A stretch of DNA of 64,000 nt from Candidatus Bathyarchaeota archaeon (GTDB lineage Archaea; Thermoproteota; Bathyarchaeia; Bathyarchaeales; Bathycorpusculaceae): the NCBI GenBank assembly GCA_963827165.1, contig CAWGZR010000005.1:416001-480000 (forward strand), in the 5' to 3' direction. Each line of letters begins with the position of its first letter. Position 1 is the first letter of the stretch. The notes under the pieces were generated by a model. It was not told where the DNA came from, searched no databases, and was given only the letters and a program-made list of their open reading frames with translations. A program made the translations under genes and the position numbers. Below are positions 50,429 to 60,809 of the stretch, piece after piece.

Positions 50429-52293
50429 TGCTGGGTTACGCTGGGAAATTCTTGGAAGTTGACCTTTCAAAATCAAGCTTCAAGGATACGACTCTGCCTG
50501 AAGAATGGCTACTGGATTATATGGGTGGCAGAGCTCTTGCAGCCAAAATCCTAAGCGAAAGGCTGATTCATAAATGGGAAAAAGTGGATCCTTTGGGTCC
50601 TGAAAACCTCCTGTTTTTCATGTCAGGTCCCTTCACCGGTTACTATCCAGGCGGCAGAACCTGCGTAACCGGAAAATCGCCTCAAAGCAATGGCATGGTA
50701 GGCTCAACTGTAGGCGGCGAATTTGCGGTGGAGCTTAAATGCGCAGGCTACGATGGCATTATCGTTTCTGGCAAGGCGGAGAAACCTGTTTATCTTTTCA
50801 TTAAAGATTCCGACATTGAGCTCAGGGATGCCAGCGGCGTTTGGGGTAAAGACTGCAAACAGACGGAGGCGTTGCTAAACCGTGAATGTCGAAAGCTGAT
50901 GGCTGAGCGTTATCCGCGCGTTGGTGTTTGGAAAGAGCCAGCAAAACTCTACATTGGCCCCGCGGGAGAGCATAAAGTCAGACCGTCCGCAGTAATTGCC
51001 AAATGGACTCATGCTGCTGGCTATGGCGGTTACGGCGCGGTAATGGGTTCAAAAAACCTTAAGGCGGTGGCTGTTAAAGGTACGGGCCCTCTGCCTGAAG
51101 TGGCCGATTTAGAAAGGATCAAAAAAATGATTGATGACGTTTGCAAAGGCTGCTATGGTAACGTGATGTGGCGTAGATACGGGACGGGGGGAGGAGGCTA
51201 CAGCTTCGGCGCAGACACCAGTTCGGAGCCAGTCCGAAACTGGCAGGAGGAGTGGCATGACCAAAGAAGCTACGGCGTTGACCAGTTTGAAAATCGTGTT
51301 TGGGTAAAGCCTGCTTGGAGCGATTTCGGCTGCCCGACTAATTGTCTCAAAATCAGCTGCATCCGCGCAGGCAAATACAAGGGCGCGATAAGCGACAACC
51401 CAGACTACGAACTACAAGCTTTTCTGGGTCCCAATCTGGGACTATTCACCCCGGAAGAAAACGTGCATCTGTCTTCTCTTATTGAGGATTTAGGGTTCTG
51501 CGGAATCCAAGGGGGCAGCGTGCTTGGCTTCGCAGCTGAACTTTTCCAGAGAGGCATCCTAACCATCGAAGACCTAGATGGACTTGAGCTAAAATGGGGC
51601 GACGCAGATGCCTTCGCCGTTTTGGCAAAGAAAATCGCGAATAGGGAAGGCATAGGTGACATTCTAGCTGAAGGAACACATAGAGCCGCAATTAAGCTCG
51701 GACAAATGAAAGGCAAAAACCTTCTCCCCTACGCTGTAACTGGCAAGGGCATTAGCATCGGCGCGCATGGAATCAGGAGCGGTAGGGATTTTTCACGTGA
51801 AATAGGTTATGCATGCAGTGTTCAGGGCGGCGACCACACATCGATGACTGATTTCCCTATTGATGGATGGGGCAGCGAGATTTGGACGATATTTAATGAT
51901 TCTGCTGTAATGTGCATTTTCACCTCGTTTAGCTTGACTCCGACCTTTCGATACGAGTTCTACAACGCGCTCACAGGCAAAACCTTGACACGTAAGGAGT
52001 GGCTTTGCGGTGGAGGAATGAAGACTCTGGAAATTCAGCGAGCTCTACTGCTTCTCGGTGGACCTGATTTGACTTGGAATCCCAAGATTGACGATGATAA
52101 CCCGGAGAGGTTCTATGAACCGTTACCTACAGGACCATGTAAGGGGCAAACCGCCAGTAGGGCAAGCGTTAAGCAGAAGGTAATGCAGTACTATGGACAA
52201 GCAGGTTGGGACCAAAATGGCGTACCCACATCGGAAACATTAAGCAAGCTTAAACTTGAATATGTTGATGAAAGTTTGAAAAGATTACGATGA
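50428..52293 (+). CDS. Tungsten-containing aldehyde:ferredoxin oxidoreductase family enzyme, WOR5-like
   Basis: KSPQSNG, HAAGYGGYGAVMGSKNLKA, SSEPVRNWQEE, GAHGIRS, QGGDHT. Confidence 0.9.
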   Translation: MLGYAGKFLEVDLSKSSFKDTTLPEEWLLDYMGGRALAAKILSERLIHKWEKVDPLGPENLLFFMSGPFTGYYPGGRTCVTGKSPQSNGMVGSTVGGEFAVELKCAGYDGIIVSGKAEKPVYLFIKDSDIELRDASGVWGKDCKQTEALLNRECRKLMAERYPRVGVWKEPAKLYIGPAGEHKVRPSAVIAKWTHAAGYGGYGAVMGSKNLKAVAVKGTGPLPEVADLERIKKMIDDVCKGCYGNVMWRRYGTGGGGYSFGADTSSEPVRNWQEEWHDQRSYGVDQFENRVWVKPAWSDFGCPTNCLKISCIRAGKYKGAISDNPDYELQAFLGPNLGLFTPEENVHLSSLIEDLGFCGIQGGSVLGFAAELFQRGILTIEDLDGLELKWGDADAFAVLAKKIANREGIGDILAEGTHRAAIKLGQMKGKNLLPYAVTGKGISIGAHGIRSGRDFSREIGYACSVQGGDHTSMTDFPIDGWGSEIWTIFNDSAVMCIFTSFSLTPTFRYEFYNALTGKTLTRKEWLCGGGMKTLEIQRALLLLGGPDLTWNPKIDDDNPERFYEPLPTGPCKGQTASRASVKQKVMQYYGQAGWDQNGVPTSETLSKLKLEYVDESLKRLR

Positions 52294-52577
52294 TAAAGAT
52301 CCAGTACTGAGCCCCTTTGCTATAGGCTTTCAAATGCCGACGGTAGGAGTTTTTGAGAACTTTTAAATTCTTTCGTACTCTGGTTTACGAGCAAGCTTTT
52401 CATGCCGATATTCACGACAAAATCCAGGGTCAAGGATTCATTTTGCCTGGGTTAAGTGCGTGACTGAAGCGCTCGGAGGCAATGTGATTTTTTGAGAGCC
52501 AAAAGTATCTGGGAACAAAATTGATCGTTTACTGGCCAAAGAAACCAAAAGGAGAAACAACGTCAAACAACTGAGCG

Positions 52578-52874
52578 CTAACCCATTAAGGTTGGGTTAA
52601 TGTTTTCTTCGTTTATGTGATGCATTACATGGAGGGCTAATCCAGTCGCGGCGCCTGCTGAAAGCCCAATGAGTAGATCATTAAGAGGAGCATAGTTCCC
52701 AATCAATCCGAAAACAACTAGAACGTCGAAGACCACTGCTACAGCCAAGTAACCGACGCACCACATTTTAACGCTCATTCCCCTAGGCTTCTCTATGCCG
52801 ATAACGCCTAATACACCGAACATAATTAGGAAGCCTACTAAAGCGAAAATCCAGTCGTAACTCAACTTTTTCAC
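52578..52874 (-). CDS. Small 3-TM membrane protein
   Basis: Three hydrophobic segments. Confidence 0.65.
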   Translation of the reverse strand: MKKLSYDWIFALVGFLIMFGVLGVIGIEKPRGMSVKMWCVGYLAVAVVFDVLVVFGLIGNYAPLNDLLIGLSAGAATGLALHVMHHINEENINPTLMG

Positions 52875-52978
52875 CTGTTAGTCTGGCTATGTTGGGTTAG
52901 CGCCTTATTAGGTTATCGAATAAGATGCATCGTTACAGAACATGAGCAATTACCGTTAACCTTTTTTACCCTCAACCC

Positions 52979-55093
52979 ATGAATCAATACTACCTCAAGG
53001 ATGTGGAGTCATTAACAAATTTCGATCCGAAACAATGCCACCGATGGGCGCATCTCCTGGTTCTAAGGCGGCAAAAGCTTAGCCAAGCATTAAGCGCGTT
53101 TGAGGAGGAAAATTTTGATTTAGCGAAGCGTCTCTCTTCAGAAATTTTCTCTGGCGTAAATGGTAAGCAAGCTGATCCAGGCATGGCCGGATCTTTGCTT
53201 TATCACATGGCAATGGTTACAAAAATGGAGTCGGAGACCCGAGTTTTACTTGAGGAGCTGAAGGCAGATTTACCCCAAATAATCCAAAAGACCGATGCAA
53301 TTTATGGTGACTTTCAAGCTGACGCCAAAGAACTCACCCAAGGAATCACCCCTTTCACCTTAACCGCCCAAGAAATATCGGCAAGTTCACATCTTGAAAG
53401 CTCCGAAAAAATCACTCTTTTCAACAAACTAAACAAACAAAGAAAAACTGTTGAGAACCAAATAGCTAACAAAGATCCTAAAGCTTCTGAAGCGCTAAAA
53501 AAACTGTTCACTGTTTGGGCAGACCAGATTGTGAGAATGAGGCTTATCCAAGAGTACGAGACAATTAAGGGCTTCCTGGTTACAGCTGGTTTGGCAGATA
53601 CTTTTGGCGTCGACGCATTGGAAGATGCTATGCAGCGGGTGCAGGAAAGATTCGGTAAAGAAACCGTTGACATAGCTCTTGACGTGACGCTCAAAGTTGG
53701 CATGAGAAGAGAGAAGCTCCAGTCAATCATGTTAAGCGATCACGTTATCAGCTACTCCATGAGTACCGAAACATTGGATGGGCATATGGAGTTCATGAAT
53801 TGCCCAATATTTGGAAGCCACAAATACGCAGAGGAAAAATATGCTGTGAGCCCTAAGGTGGCGTCACTTTTCTGCCGTCACTTCTGTTTTGCCCATGCCA
53901 AAGAGATGCTGGACACCGTGCTTCCCTTCCCGTTTACCCTTTGGCAGTCCAAACGCTTGGAGACCCATGACAACTGCGAGTATTACCTTAAACTAGCTTA
54001 TTCGCCGCTTGCCGAAAAGGCAGAAAGGTTTGTTCCCCTTGTTATGTCCTGGAACATTACGCGCGAATGCAACATGAAATGTTCTCATTGCTACATCAAC
54101 GCTACTGAGAAAAAACTCGACAATGAACTAAACACGAAAGAAGCAAAAAACCTGATGGATCAAATCTACCAAGTCAGCCGACCCCTACTAATCCTGAGCG
54201 GAGGCGAACCTCTTCTGCGCCCTGACATTTATGAATTGATAAAATACGGAACAAAGATCGGTTTGAAAATGGGTTTGGGAAGCAACGGAAGCCTAATCGA
54301 CGAAGCCGCAGCAAGAAAACTCAAAGATGCAGGGATAGCGACGGTTTCAATCAGTTTAGACTCCAATATTCCGGCTCAGCATGACGCGTTCCGAGGAGTT
54401 TCGGGGGCTTTTGAGAAGGCAGTTGAAGCGTGCAAGGCTTTGAGAAGAAACAATGTGCTTGTCCAAGTAAACACTACTTTGACTCAGCAGAACTATAACC
54501 AAATAGACGACATAATGACTCTTGCAGAAAGCATTGGTGTTGAAAACTTCCACCTGTTCTTTCTTGTACCAACGGGGAGGGGAACCAAACTAGCCGACAT
54601 TTCCCCAGAGCAGTACGAGGAAATGATATCCAAAACCTTCGCAAAAACCGCCAACCACCAACTTAACGTCAGGCCTTCATGCGCACCTCAATTCATGAGA
54701 ATCGCGAAGGGCATGGGATTGGATATGAGGCAGTGGATTCGCGGATGCATTGCGGGAATGTATTACTGCCGAGTTTACCCTAACGGCGACGTGACGCCAT
54801 GCCCCTACTTGCCAATCAAGCTTGGAAATGTGCGGGAAAAGAATTTCAAGGAAATATGGCTTAATTCAGAAGTCTTCAAAGCACTAAGAGATCCAAACAT
54901 GCTGAAGGGCAAATGCGGCATCTGTGAACACCGTTCTTTATGTGGAGGCTGCCGAGCCCGAGCCTATGGCTTATCCAACGATTTCATCGACTACTGCGGA
55001 GATCTTCACGAACCCACAGAAATAAAAAGAGACTATCTTGCTGAAGACCCGTGGTGCGTTTACCAACCAAAAAATAATTCACAAAAACGGTAA
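52979..55093 (+). CDS. Radical SAM/SPASM protein (AhbD/NirJ-like) with ~350-aa N-terminal extension
   Basis: SWNITRECNMKCSHCY, SGGEPLLRPD, CAPQF, GCIAG..YC, KCGICE...CGGCRARA. Confidence 0.88.
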   Translation: MNQYYLKDVESLTNFDPKQCHRWAHLLVLRRQKLSQALSAFEEENFDLAKRLSSEIFSGVNGKQADPGMAGSLLYHMAMVTKMESETRVLLEELKADLPQIIQKTDAIYGDFQADAKELTQGITPFTLTAQEISASSHLESSEKITLFNKLNKQRKTVENQIANKDPKASEALKKLFTVWADQIVRMRLIQEYETIKGFLVTAGLADTFGVDALEDAMQRVQERFGKETVDIALDVTLKVGMRREKLQSIMLSDHVISYSMSTETLDGHMEFMNCPIFGSHKYAEEKYAVSPKVASLFCRHFCFAHAKEMLDTVLPFPFTLWQSKRLETHDNCEYYLKLAYSPLAEKAERFVPLVMSWNITRECNMKCSHCYINATEKKLDNELNTKEAKNLMDQIYQVSRPLLILSGGEPLLRPDIYELIKYGTKIGLKMGLGSNGSLIDEAAARKLKDAGIATVSISLDSNIPAQHDAFRGVSGAFEKAVEACKALRRNNVLVQVNTTLTQQNYNQIDDIMTLAESIGVENFHLFFLVPTGRGTKLADISPEQYEEMISKTFAKTANHQLNVRPSCAPQFMRIAKGMGLDMRQWIRGCIAGMYYCRVYPNGDVTPCPYLPIKLGNVREKNFKEIWLNSEVFKALRDPNMLKGKCGICEHRSLCGGCRARAYGLSNDFIDYCGDLHEPTEIKRDYLAEDPWCVYQPKNNSQKR

Positions 55094-55457
55094 CAGCCAG
55101 CCCACCAAGAAAAAGCCAAAACAAACCGCCTCGGTCGGAAACTATTTAAGACATCAATGTCTTTCAAAAACTTTAACTGGCAGTTAAATCGGCTTTGGCA
55201 GCCCGCACGCTACACTGTGACTGTGGACAGCCAAAATTTAAGGGATGGCGGAAAAATGCGAGGAGTCCACAAATCAAGAAATTCAAGAATTGCCCATAAA
55301 GCAGTCAATTCATCGAGTATGGCAATTAAACATGGAAGTTGCTACCAAGGCTTAACAAGCAAGCGTCTATTTTTGGGATCAAAAAAGCTTTCTTCTAGCC
55401 AACGTTAAGGGGGCAATCAGGATCTCAAATGGCAGCCTTTCAAGTTCTTTCTTTGGG

Positions 55458-56636
55458 ATGTTTAAGCAAACTACTCTCGCGTACCTATTCGACATAGCAG
55501 GGTTAATCGCAGGTTTTCTGATTGCTTATCAACTTAATGTTTTCGAGCACTATAGCTGGGCTTTGGCCCTTTATCCGGCTCTGATAAGTACAAGAATAAT
55601 CAACGGGTTGCTTAGCGGTCGCCTAAGCACAGGCCTGCATCTTGGAACAATAAACCCCCAATTCTCTAGAAATACCCGATCATTCTATAAACTTCTGCAT
55701 GGCATCATCGTCTTAACTTTGGTAACGAGCTTGACGGTCAGCGTAATATCGCTGTTTTTCGGCTACTTATTCTTAGGTATCAGACTAATTGATTTTCCGA
55801 CACTTCTATCTGTGACGGTGTGCACTTTGGCGATAGGTTTGCTTTTTTCCTTTGTGACAATAAAAGTCGCCTTTGTCTCTTTCAAAAAAGGATTAGACCC
55901 CGACATCATCGTTTACCCCGTTATCGCAACTTCAGCCAGCATCTTCATCACAATATGCTATGTTGGAGTGCTAAGGTTATCGACTTCCACGCCTGGCGCA
56001 TTATTAATCACAGCCATCGGTTTAGTCCATGTCTTCCTCGTTTTGTATCTATTCTCACGAGATAGGAAAGACTTTGAATTTAATAGAACCATACACGAAT
56101 CTTTCCTAATGCTGATTCTCGTATCATTAATTATAACTTTGACCGGAACAATTTTTGGAGGTCTTACAAGGTTCACGCAGATGGAAATCGTGATGGTCTA
56201 CCCCGCTTTACTTACTGCATACCCAGCTTTAATCAATAACATAAGCAACGTTGGCTCCGTTGTAGGCTCAACAGCCAATACTAAACTTGCTTTGGGCTTG
56301 CTTAAACCAAGCTTCAGCTCGATCCACAACCACGCCAAAAACATAACCAGCGCTTGGCTGGCGTCTTTTTCGATTTTCATCATATTAGCCTTAGGCTCTT
56401 TGGCGATAAACCGAGTCTCCTCGGTAGCTACTTTCGTTGATGTTATAGCGATAATCGTGGTATCCAACGTAATTGCAGTCGTCGGAATAGTTCTTGTATC
56501 CTTCGGAATAGCAATTCTTACTTTCCGAAGAGGATTAAACCCCGAGAATTTTGTTATCCCGCTTGAAACATCTTTTGCAACAGTTATTATGTCAGCATCT
56601 TTGCTACTGACCTTGTTCTTGCTCACGTTGCATTGA
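55458..56636 (+). CDS. MgtE/SLC41-like divalent cation transporter (duplicated membrane domain)
   Basis: GRLSTGLHLG, KGLDPDII.YP, RGLNPENFVIP. Confidence 0.85.
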   Translation: MFKQTTLAYLFDIAGLIAGFLIAYQLNVFEHYSWALALYPALISTRIINGLLSGRLSTGLHLGTINPQFSRNTRSFYKLLHGIIVLTLVTSLTVSVISLFFGYLFLGIRLIDFPTLLSVTVCTLAIGLLFSFVTIKVAFVSFKKGLDPDIIVYPVIATSASIFITICYVGVLRLSTSTPGALLITAIGLVHVFLVLYLFSRDRKDFEFNRTIHESFLMLILVSLIITLTGTIFGGLTRFTQMEIVMVYPALLTAYPALINNISNVGSVVGSTANTKLALGLLKPSFSSIHNHAKNITSAWLASFSIFIILALGSLAINRVSSVATFVDVIAIIVVSNVIAVVGIVLVSFGIAILTFRRGLNPENFVIPLETSFATVIMSASLLLTLFLLTLH

Positions 56637-56689
56637 GGGGATAATTAAAATAATTCAAAATGGTATCTTGTCTTAGAGGCACCTCTTGC

Positions 56690-57889
56690 ATGCCCAAATT
56701 CGAAAGAATAGAATACAAACCCATCCCAGTCAGAGAGCTCTTACTAGAAATGAAAAACCTATCTGAACTAATGATAGACTTAGCATACTCATCCGCTCTT
56801 TACAACGATAAAGACCTCGCCGAAGACGTTTTGGCGCTTGAAAGTCGAGTAGACACGTTAGCGTACCTTCTCGATATGGAAATAATGGTCGCTTCAAGAA
56901 ACCCGAAGGAAGCAGAGGCAATGGTGGGGATTTCCAGGGTAGCTTCCGCTACAGACAAGATTTCGGATGCTGCCGCAGACATCGCGGCAATCGTAACCCG
57001 AAACATCGGAGTTCATCCCGTTGTGGGGGAATTTTTTGAGAAAGTGGAAGAGCACCTGATGAAAGTAACAGTGAAACCTAATTCAACGATAGTTAAGAAA
57101 ACTATTGATGAGCTTGAGTTAGCCCCAACTATGGGTATTGACATAATTGCGATCCGCCGCAACAAAGATTGGATTCTTGATCCAAAAGGACAGGAAAGGA
57201 TCTTTCAAGGCGACGTTCTAATTACACGTGGAGCCCCAACGGGAATTGAAGCTTTCAAAGATTTAGCAGAAGGCGAATTTGCTAAACTTAACGTTGAAGA
57301 ACGGGCGAAATTCGAGGAAATCGGCTTAAGATTCGTTGAGCTCAAAGATACCTCGGAGCTAATGCTGGATTTAGCCTATTCCGCGGTTATGTTGAACAGT
57401 AAAGAGTTAGCTGAAGAAGTAGAACGTCTCGAAGAGCAAGTAGATCTACTTCACACTGAATTTGAATTGCTTGCCCTAAAAAGCGACTTCAAAAAAGAGG
57501 AAGCCTCAGGTTTCCTTGGGTTAATCAGGCTAGGCGTGGCAACAGAAAAAATCGCTGATGCAGCCGCTGACATAGCGGGGGTCGTTCTTCGAGGTATTGA
57601 ACCACATCCGATTTTGAAATTGACTATCAGTGAGGCAGAGGAAACTGTGGCTCAGGCATGCGTTTCTGCAGATTCCCCGCTTGTGAATAAGACCCTGAAA
57701 GAAGCGCGAGTGCATGAAGGGACAGGAATGTGGGTTTTGGTTATCAAAAGAAGCGGAAAATGTCTGCGGCCCCGCGCTGATTCAAGAATCGAAGTTGGCG
57801 ACGTCTTAGTTGCTTCAGGATACGCCGAGGGCGCTGACGACTTAAAGAAGCTTGCTTCCCCAACGCAAACATGCAGTATAGATACTTAA
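56690..57889 (+). CDS. Tandem PhoU / TrkA-C domain protein
   Basis: MKNLSELMIDLAYS and LKDTSELMLDLAYS repeats, each followed by an RCK-C domain. Confidence 0.88.
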   Translation: MPKFERIEYKPIPVRELLLEMKNLSELMIDLAYSSALYNDKDLAEDVLALESRVDTLAYLLDMEIMVASRNPKEAEAMVGISRVASATDKISDAAADIAAIVTRNIGVHPVVGEFFEKVEEHLMKVTVKPNSTIVKKTIDELELAPTMGIDIIAIRRNKDWILDPKGQERIFQGDVLITRGAPTGIEAFKDLAEGEFAKLNVEERAKFEEIGLRFVELKDTSELMLDLAYSAVMLNSKELAEEVERLEEQVDLLHTEFELLALKSDFKKEEASGFLGLIRLGVATEKIADAAADIAGVVLRGIEPHPILKLTISEAEETVAQACVSADSPLVNKTLKEARVHEGTGMWVLVIKRSGKCLRPRADSRIEVGDVLVASGYAEGADDLKKLASPTQTCSIDT

Positions 57890-57984
57890 CGTCTGTATTT
57901 TGGATTCATCAATACTATAAAGCAGCAAACACAATCTCTAAACAACACCAGCCTATCGTTCACTGAAAAGAAGAAGGAAAAGAA

Positions 57985-58311
57985 ATGTTCACCTGCCCGA
58001 ATCCTTCATGCGGAAGAGATTTTCCCATGCCACTTAAAACCCTGAATTTGCGGGATTCGGCGGAACCCTACCAAGCTTGCCCTTTCTGCTTAACAAAAAT
58101 ACCGGAGCCACCGACTGAGAGCACCAAACCAGAAACACACGATGAAAATCGGTCTTCTAAAGAAAAGAAAGACAAAAATAAGCAAAAACCCCAATCATGC
58201 CCGTTTCATATGGGTTATTTGAGTGAAAGAAAAGAAAAACAGCAAATTCCAGAGGACTGCATTATTTGTCATGCCCTTCTCGATTGCATGTTACAAAAAA
58301 TGAGATCTTAG
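57985..58311 (+). CDS. Small Cys-rich zinc-binding hypothetical protein
   Basis: CPNPSC, CPFC, CPFHMGYL, CIIC...C. Confidence 0.75.
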   Translation: MFTCPNPSCGRDFPMPLKTLNLRDSAEPYQACPFCLTKIPEPPTESTKPETHDENRSSKEKKDKNKQKPQSCPFHMGYLSERKEKQQIPEDCIICHALLDCMLQKMRS

Positions 58312-58389
58312 CATCCCAATGAGCACAAAATAGGATATAAGTCAAGAAACCAAAAAAACAAAGAATTGTTTTTAAAAAAGAGTTAATTT

Positions 58390-58722
58390 TTATTTCTTTT
58401 TCTTAGCCGATTCGGTGGCAGGCGCTTCCATTGAAGATGTTTCTTCTGCTTTAGGCTCTTCTTTCTTCTCTTCAATCTCGGTCGTTATTTCTTCGATTGG
58501 TTTTGGAGGCGGTGTTGTTGCCATTGTCCAGCCTATCCATGCACCGATGGCGAGAATTGCTATGAATGCGATGGAAACGAGAACCAATACTGCATCTAGC
58601 CGAGCGGCGGTTGTGTTCAAGCCAAACAGACCTGGATCAGCCACTAAAATTATGTAACCTACAGCGACTATAACGCAGACTGCGAGTATTGCCCCACCTA
58701 TTCCTTGATCTTTGCTAACCAT
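58390..58722 (-). CDS. Conserved archaeal 2-TM protein
   Basis: AWIGWTMATTPPPKPIEEI motif. Confidence 0.85.
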   Translation of the reverse strand: MVSKDQGIGGAILAVCVIVAVGYIILVADPGLFGLNTTAARLDAVLVLVSIAFIAILAIGAWIGWTMATTPPPKPIEEITTEIEEKKEEPKAEETSSMEAPATESAKKKK

Positions 58723-58801
58723 TTAAGTCACCACTTTATAGCCAAGTATATTCTCAAACAATTTAAAGTTTGTCATGCTTTTGAGAGAGCTCTTGCTTGG
58801 G

Positions 58802-60058
58802 CTAGGTTGTTCCCATTTCCCAAGTTGACAGGTACTTTTTCTGCTCATCAGTCAGCTCATCGATTGCAACATTCATTGATTTCAGCTTTAAGTCAGCAAC
58901 GTTCTCATCGATTTCTTTTGGAACCGTGTAGACTTTCGGCTTCAAATCCGCTGCCTTAGCGATGTATTCAGAGCATAAAGCTTGATTAGCAAAGGACATA
59001 TCCATGACTTCAGAGGGGTGTCCTTCCGCCGCTGCCAAGTTCACGAGCCTACCCTCCGCTAGAAGGTAAAGTTTTCGTCCGTCTTTTAGTATGTACTCTT
59101 CGAGGTTTGGCCGCATTGTTCTTTTTGTTGTTGAGAGCGATTCTAAGTCTTTGATGTTGACTTCAACGTTGAAGTGACCACTGTTAGCCATTATGGCGCC
59201 ATCCTTCATTTTCTGCATATGTTCTTTTCGTATGACGCTGATGTCGCCTGTTGCCGTTATGAATATGTCACCGACAGCTGCTGCTTCAGCCATTGGCATA
59301 ACGCGTAAACCGTTCATGACTGCTTCCAAGGCACGAGTTGGTTGCACTTCAGTCACTATAACGTTGGCGCCTAACCCTTGAGCACGCATAGCTATGCCTC
59401 TTGAGCACCATCCGTATCCACAGACAACAAAAGTCTTTCCAGCAATCAAAATGTTGGTGGCGCGCAGTATGCCGTCCATGCTACTTTGCCCAGTTCCGTA
59501 GCGGTTATCAAAAAGATATTTTGTGTAGGCATCATTGACAGCGACGATCGGATATTTGAGGCTGCCATCTTTTTCCATCGCTCTTAGACGGATTACACCA
59601 GTCGTGGTTTCTTCTGTACCGCCTTTTACGGTTTTCAACTGGGCTTGGCGCTTGCTGTGTAGGGTGCCCACCAAGTCTGCACCGTCATCAAGAGTAATGG
59701 AGGGTTTGAAATCCAACGCGTAATCTATGCACTTGTAATATTCCTCGGTGTTTTGTCCTCTCCAAGCAAAAACGTTAACGCCACTCTCCGCCAAAGCGGC
59801 AGCAACATCATCCTGAGTTGAAAGAGGATTAGAGCCACATAACGCAACTTTGGCGCCGCCGACGGTTAATGCCTTAACCAAAACGGCTGTTTCTTTCGTC
59901 ACGTGAAGGCAAGCGCCCAACGTCAAGCCTTTGAAAGGTTTTTCTTTTTCTAACCTGTTTCTTATGAGTTTAAGCACCGGCATGTGACTTGTGGCCCATT
60001 CAATCTGTAAATGACCTTGAGGGGCCAAACTTTTGTCTTTAACTAGGAATTCTTCCAC
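58802..60058 (-). CDS. ahcY: Adenosylhomocysteinase
   Basis: [41 protein letters not shown]. Confidence 0.97.
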   Translation of the reverse strand: MEEFLVKDKSLAPQGHLQIEWATSHMPVLKLIRNRLEKEKPFKGLTLGACLHVTKETAVLVKALTVGGAKVALCGSNPLSTQDDVAAALAESGVNVFAWRGQNTEEYYKCIDYALDFKPSITLDDGADLVGTLHSKRQAQLKTVKGGTEETTTGVIRLRAMEKDGSLKYPIVAVNDAYTKYLFDNRYGTGQSSMDGILRATNILIAGKTFVVCGYGWCSRGIAMRAQGLGANVIVTEVQPTRALEAVMNGLRVMPMAEAAAVGDIFITATGDISVIRKEHMQKMKDGAIMANSGHFNVEVNIKDLESLSTTKRTMRPNLEEYILKDGRKLYLLAEGRLVNLAAAEGHPSEVMDMSFANQALCSEYIAKAADLKPKVYTVPKEIDENVADLKLKSMNVAIDELTDEQKKYLSTWEMGTT

Positions 60059-60184
60059 GAGTATGCCTTCTTTTCAGAAACAAGATAAACTTCAACCTAT
60101 TTAGATTTTCTTCAAACTACAGGAGCCAAAGCTGGAAAAAGCTTTAATTGCAACATACTTCAGAGCTAGCAGTAAGAAGGTTAA

Positions 60185-60793
60185 ATGATGAAAGAGCCTT
60201 TCTCCAAATTCATCCAAACAAATTTAGGTCCAAAGACTCTACTGATTACCACAGGGTTACCTGGAACTTGGAAAACTGAAACCTCCGAGGAAACCTCGAA
60301 AATCAAAGGCTACCCAATTCTTCGAAGCGACATAATACGTTTGGAGGTTCTCAAGAATGAGGATGTTTTCGATGCAAAGGTTGCGGGAAACATGAACAAA
60401 CGACTGTCTGTTTACGATGAAGTCTTTCGAAGAGCAGACGACCTAGCGCAGAAAGGAACTCTGGGAATCATTTTAGATGCAACGTTTGTTACCCAAGAGC
60501 TGAGGCGTCGAGCAGCTGAAATCGCGGCGAAACATGGAATGACGTTGGTCATTTTGCAAACAAGTTGCTCAGAAGAGGTCTCAGTAGCCAGAATTCAGCG
60601 GCGTACAAAAGAAAACTATGAATCAAACGCCCTAACGGTTGACGCGTATCTTGCTAATAAGAAAAAGTTTGAGCCCGTAGATATCGGCGACCTAAAAACA
60701 AAATATCCAAAACTCAACATACTCCATTTGACTGTTGACACATGCCACGACAACTCTAAAGACTGGTATGTTATTGGATTAGAAAGAGCCTAA
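60185..60793 (+). CDS. AAA_33 / P-loop kinase family protein
   Basis: TGLPGTWKT P-loop variant, LRSDIIR, ILDATF. Confidence 0.8.
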   Translation: MMKEPFSKFIQTNLGPKTLLITTGLPGTWKTETSEETSKIKGYPILRSDIIRLEVLKNEDVFDAKVAGNMNKRLSVYDEVFRRADDLAQKGTLGIILDATFVTQELRRRAAEIAAKHGMTLVILQTSCSEEVSVARIQRRTKENYESNALTVDAYLANKKKFEPVDIGDLKTKYPKLNILHLTVDTCHDNSKDWYVIGLERA

Positions 60794-60809
60794 GGGAACC
60801 AGTTAAAAA

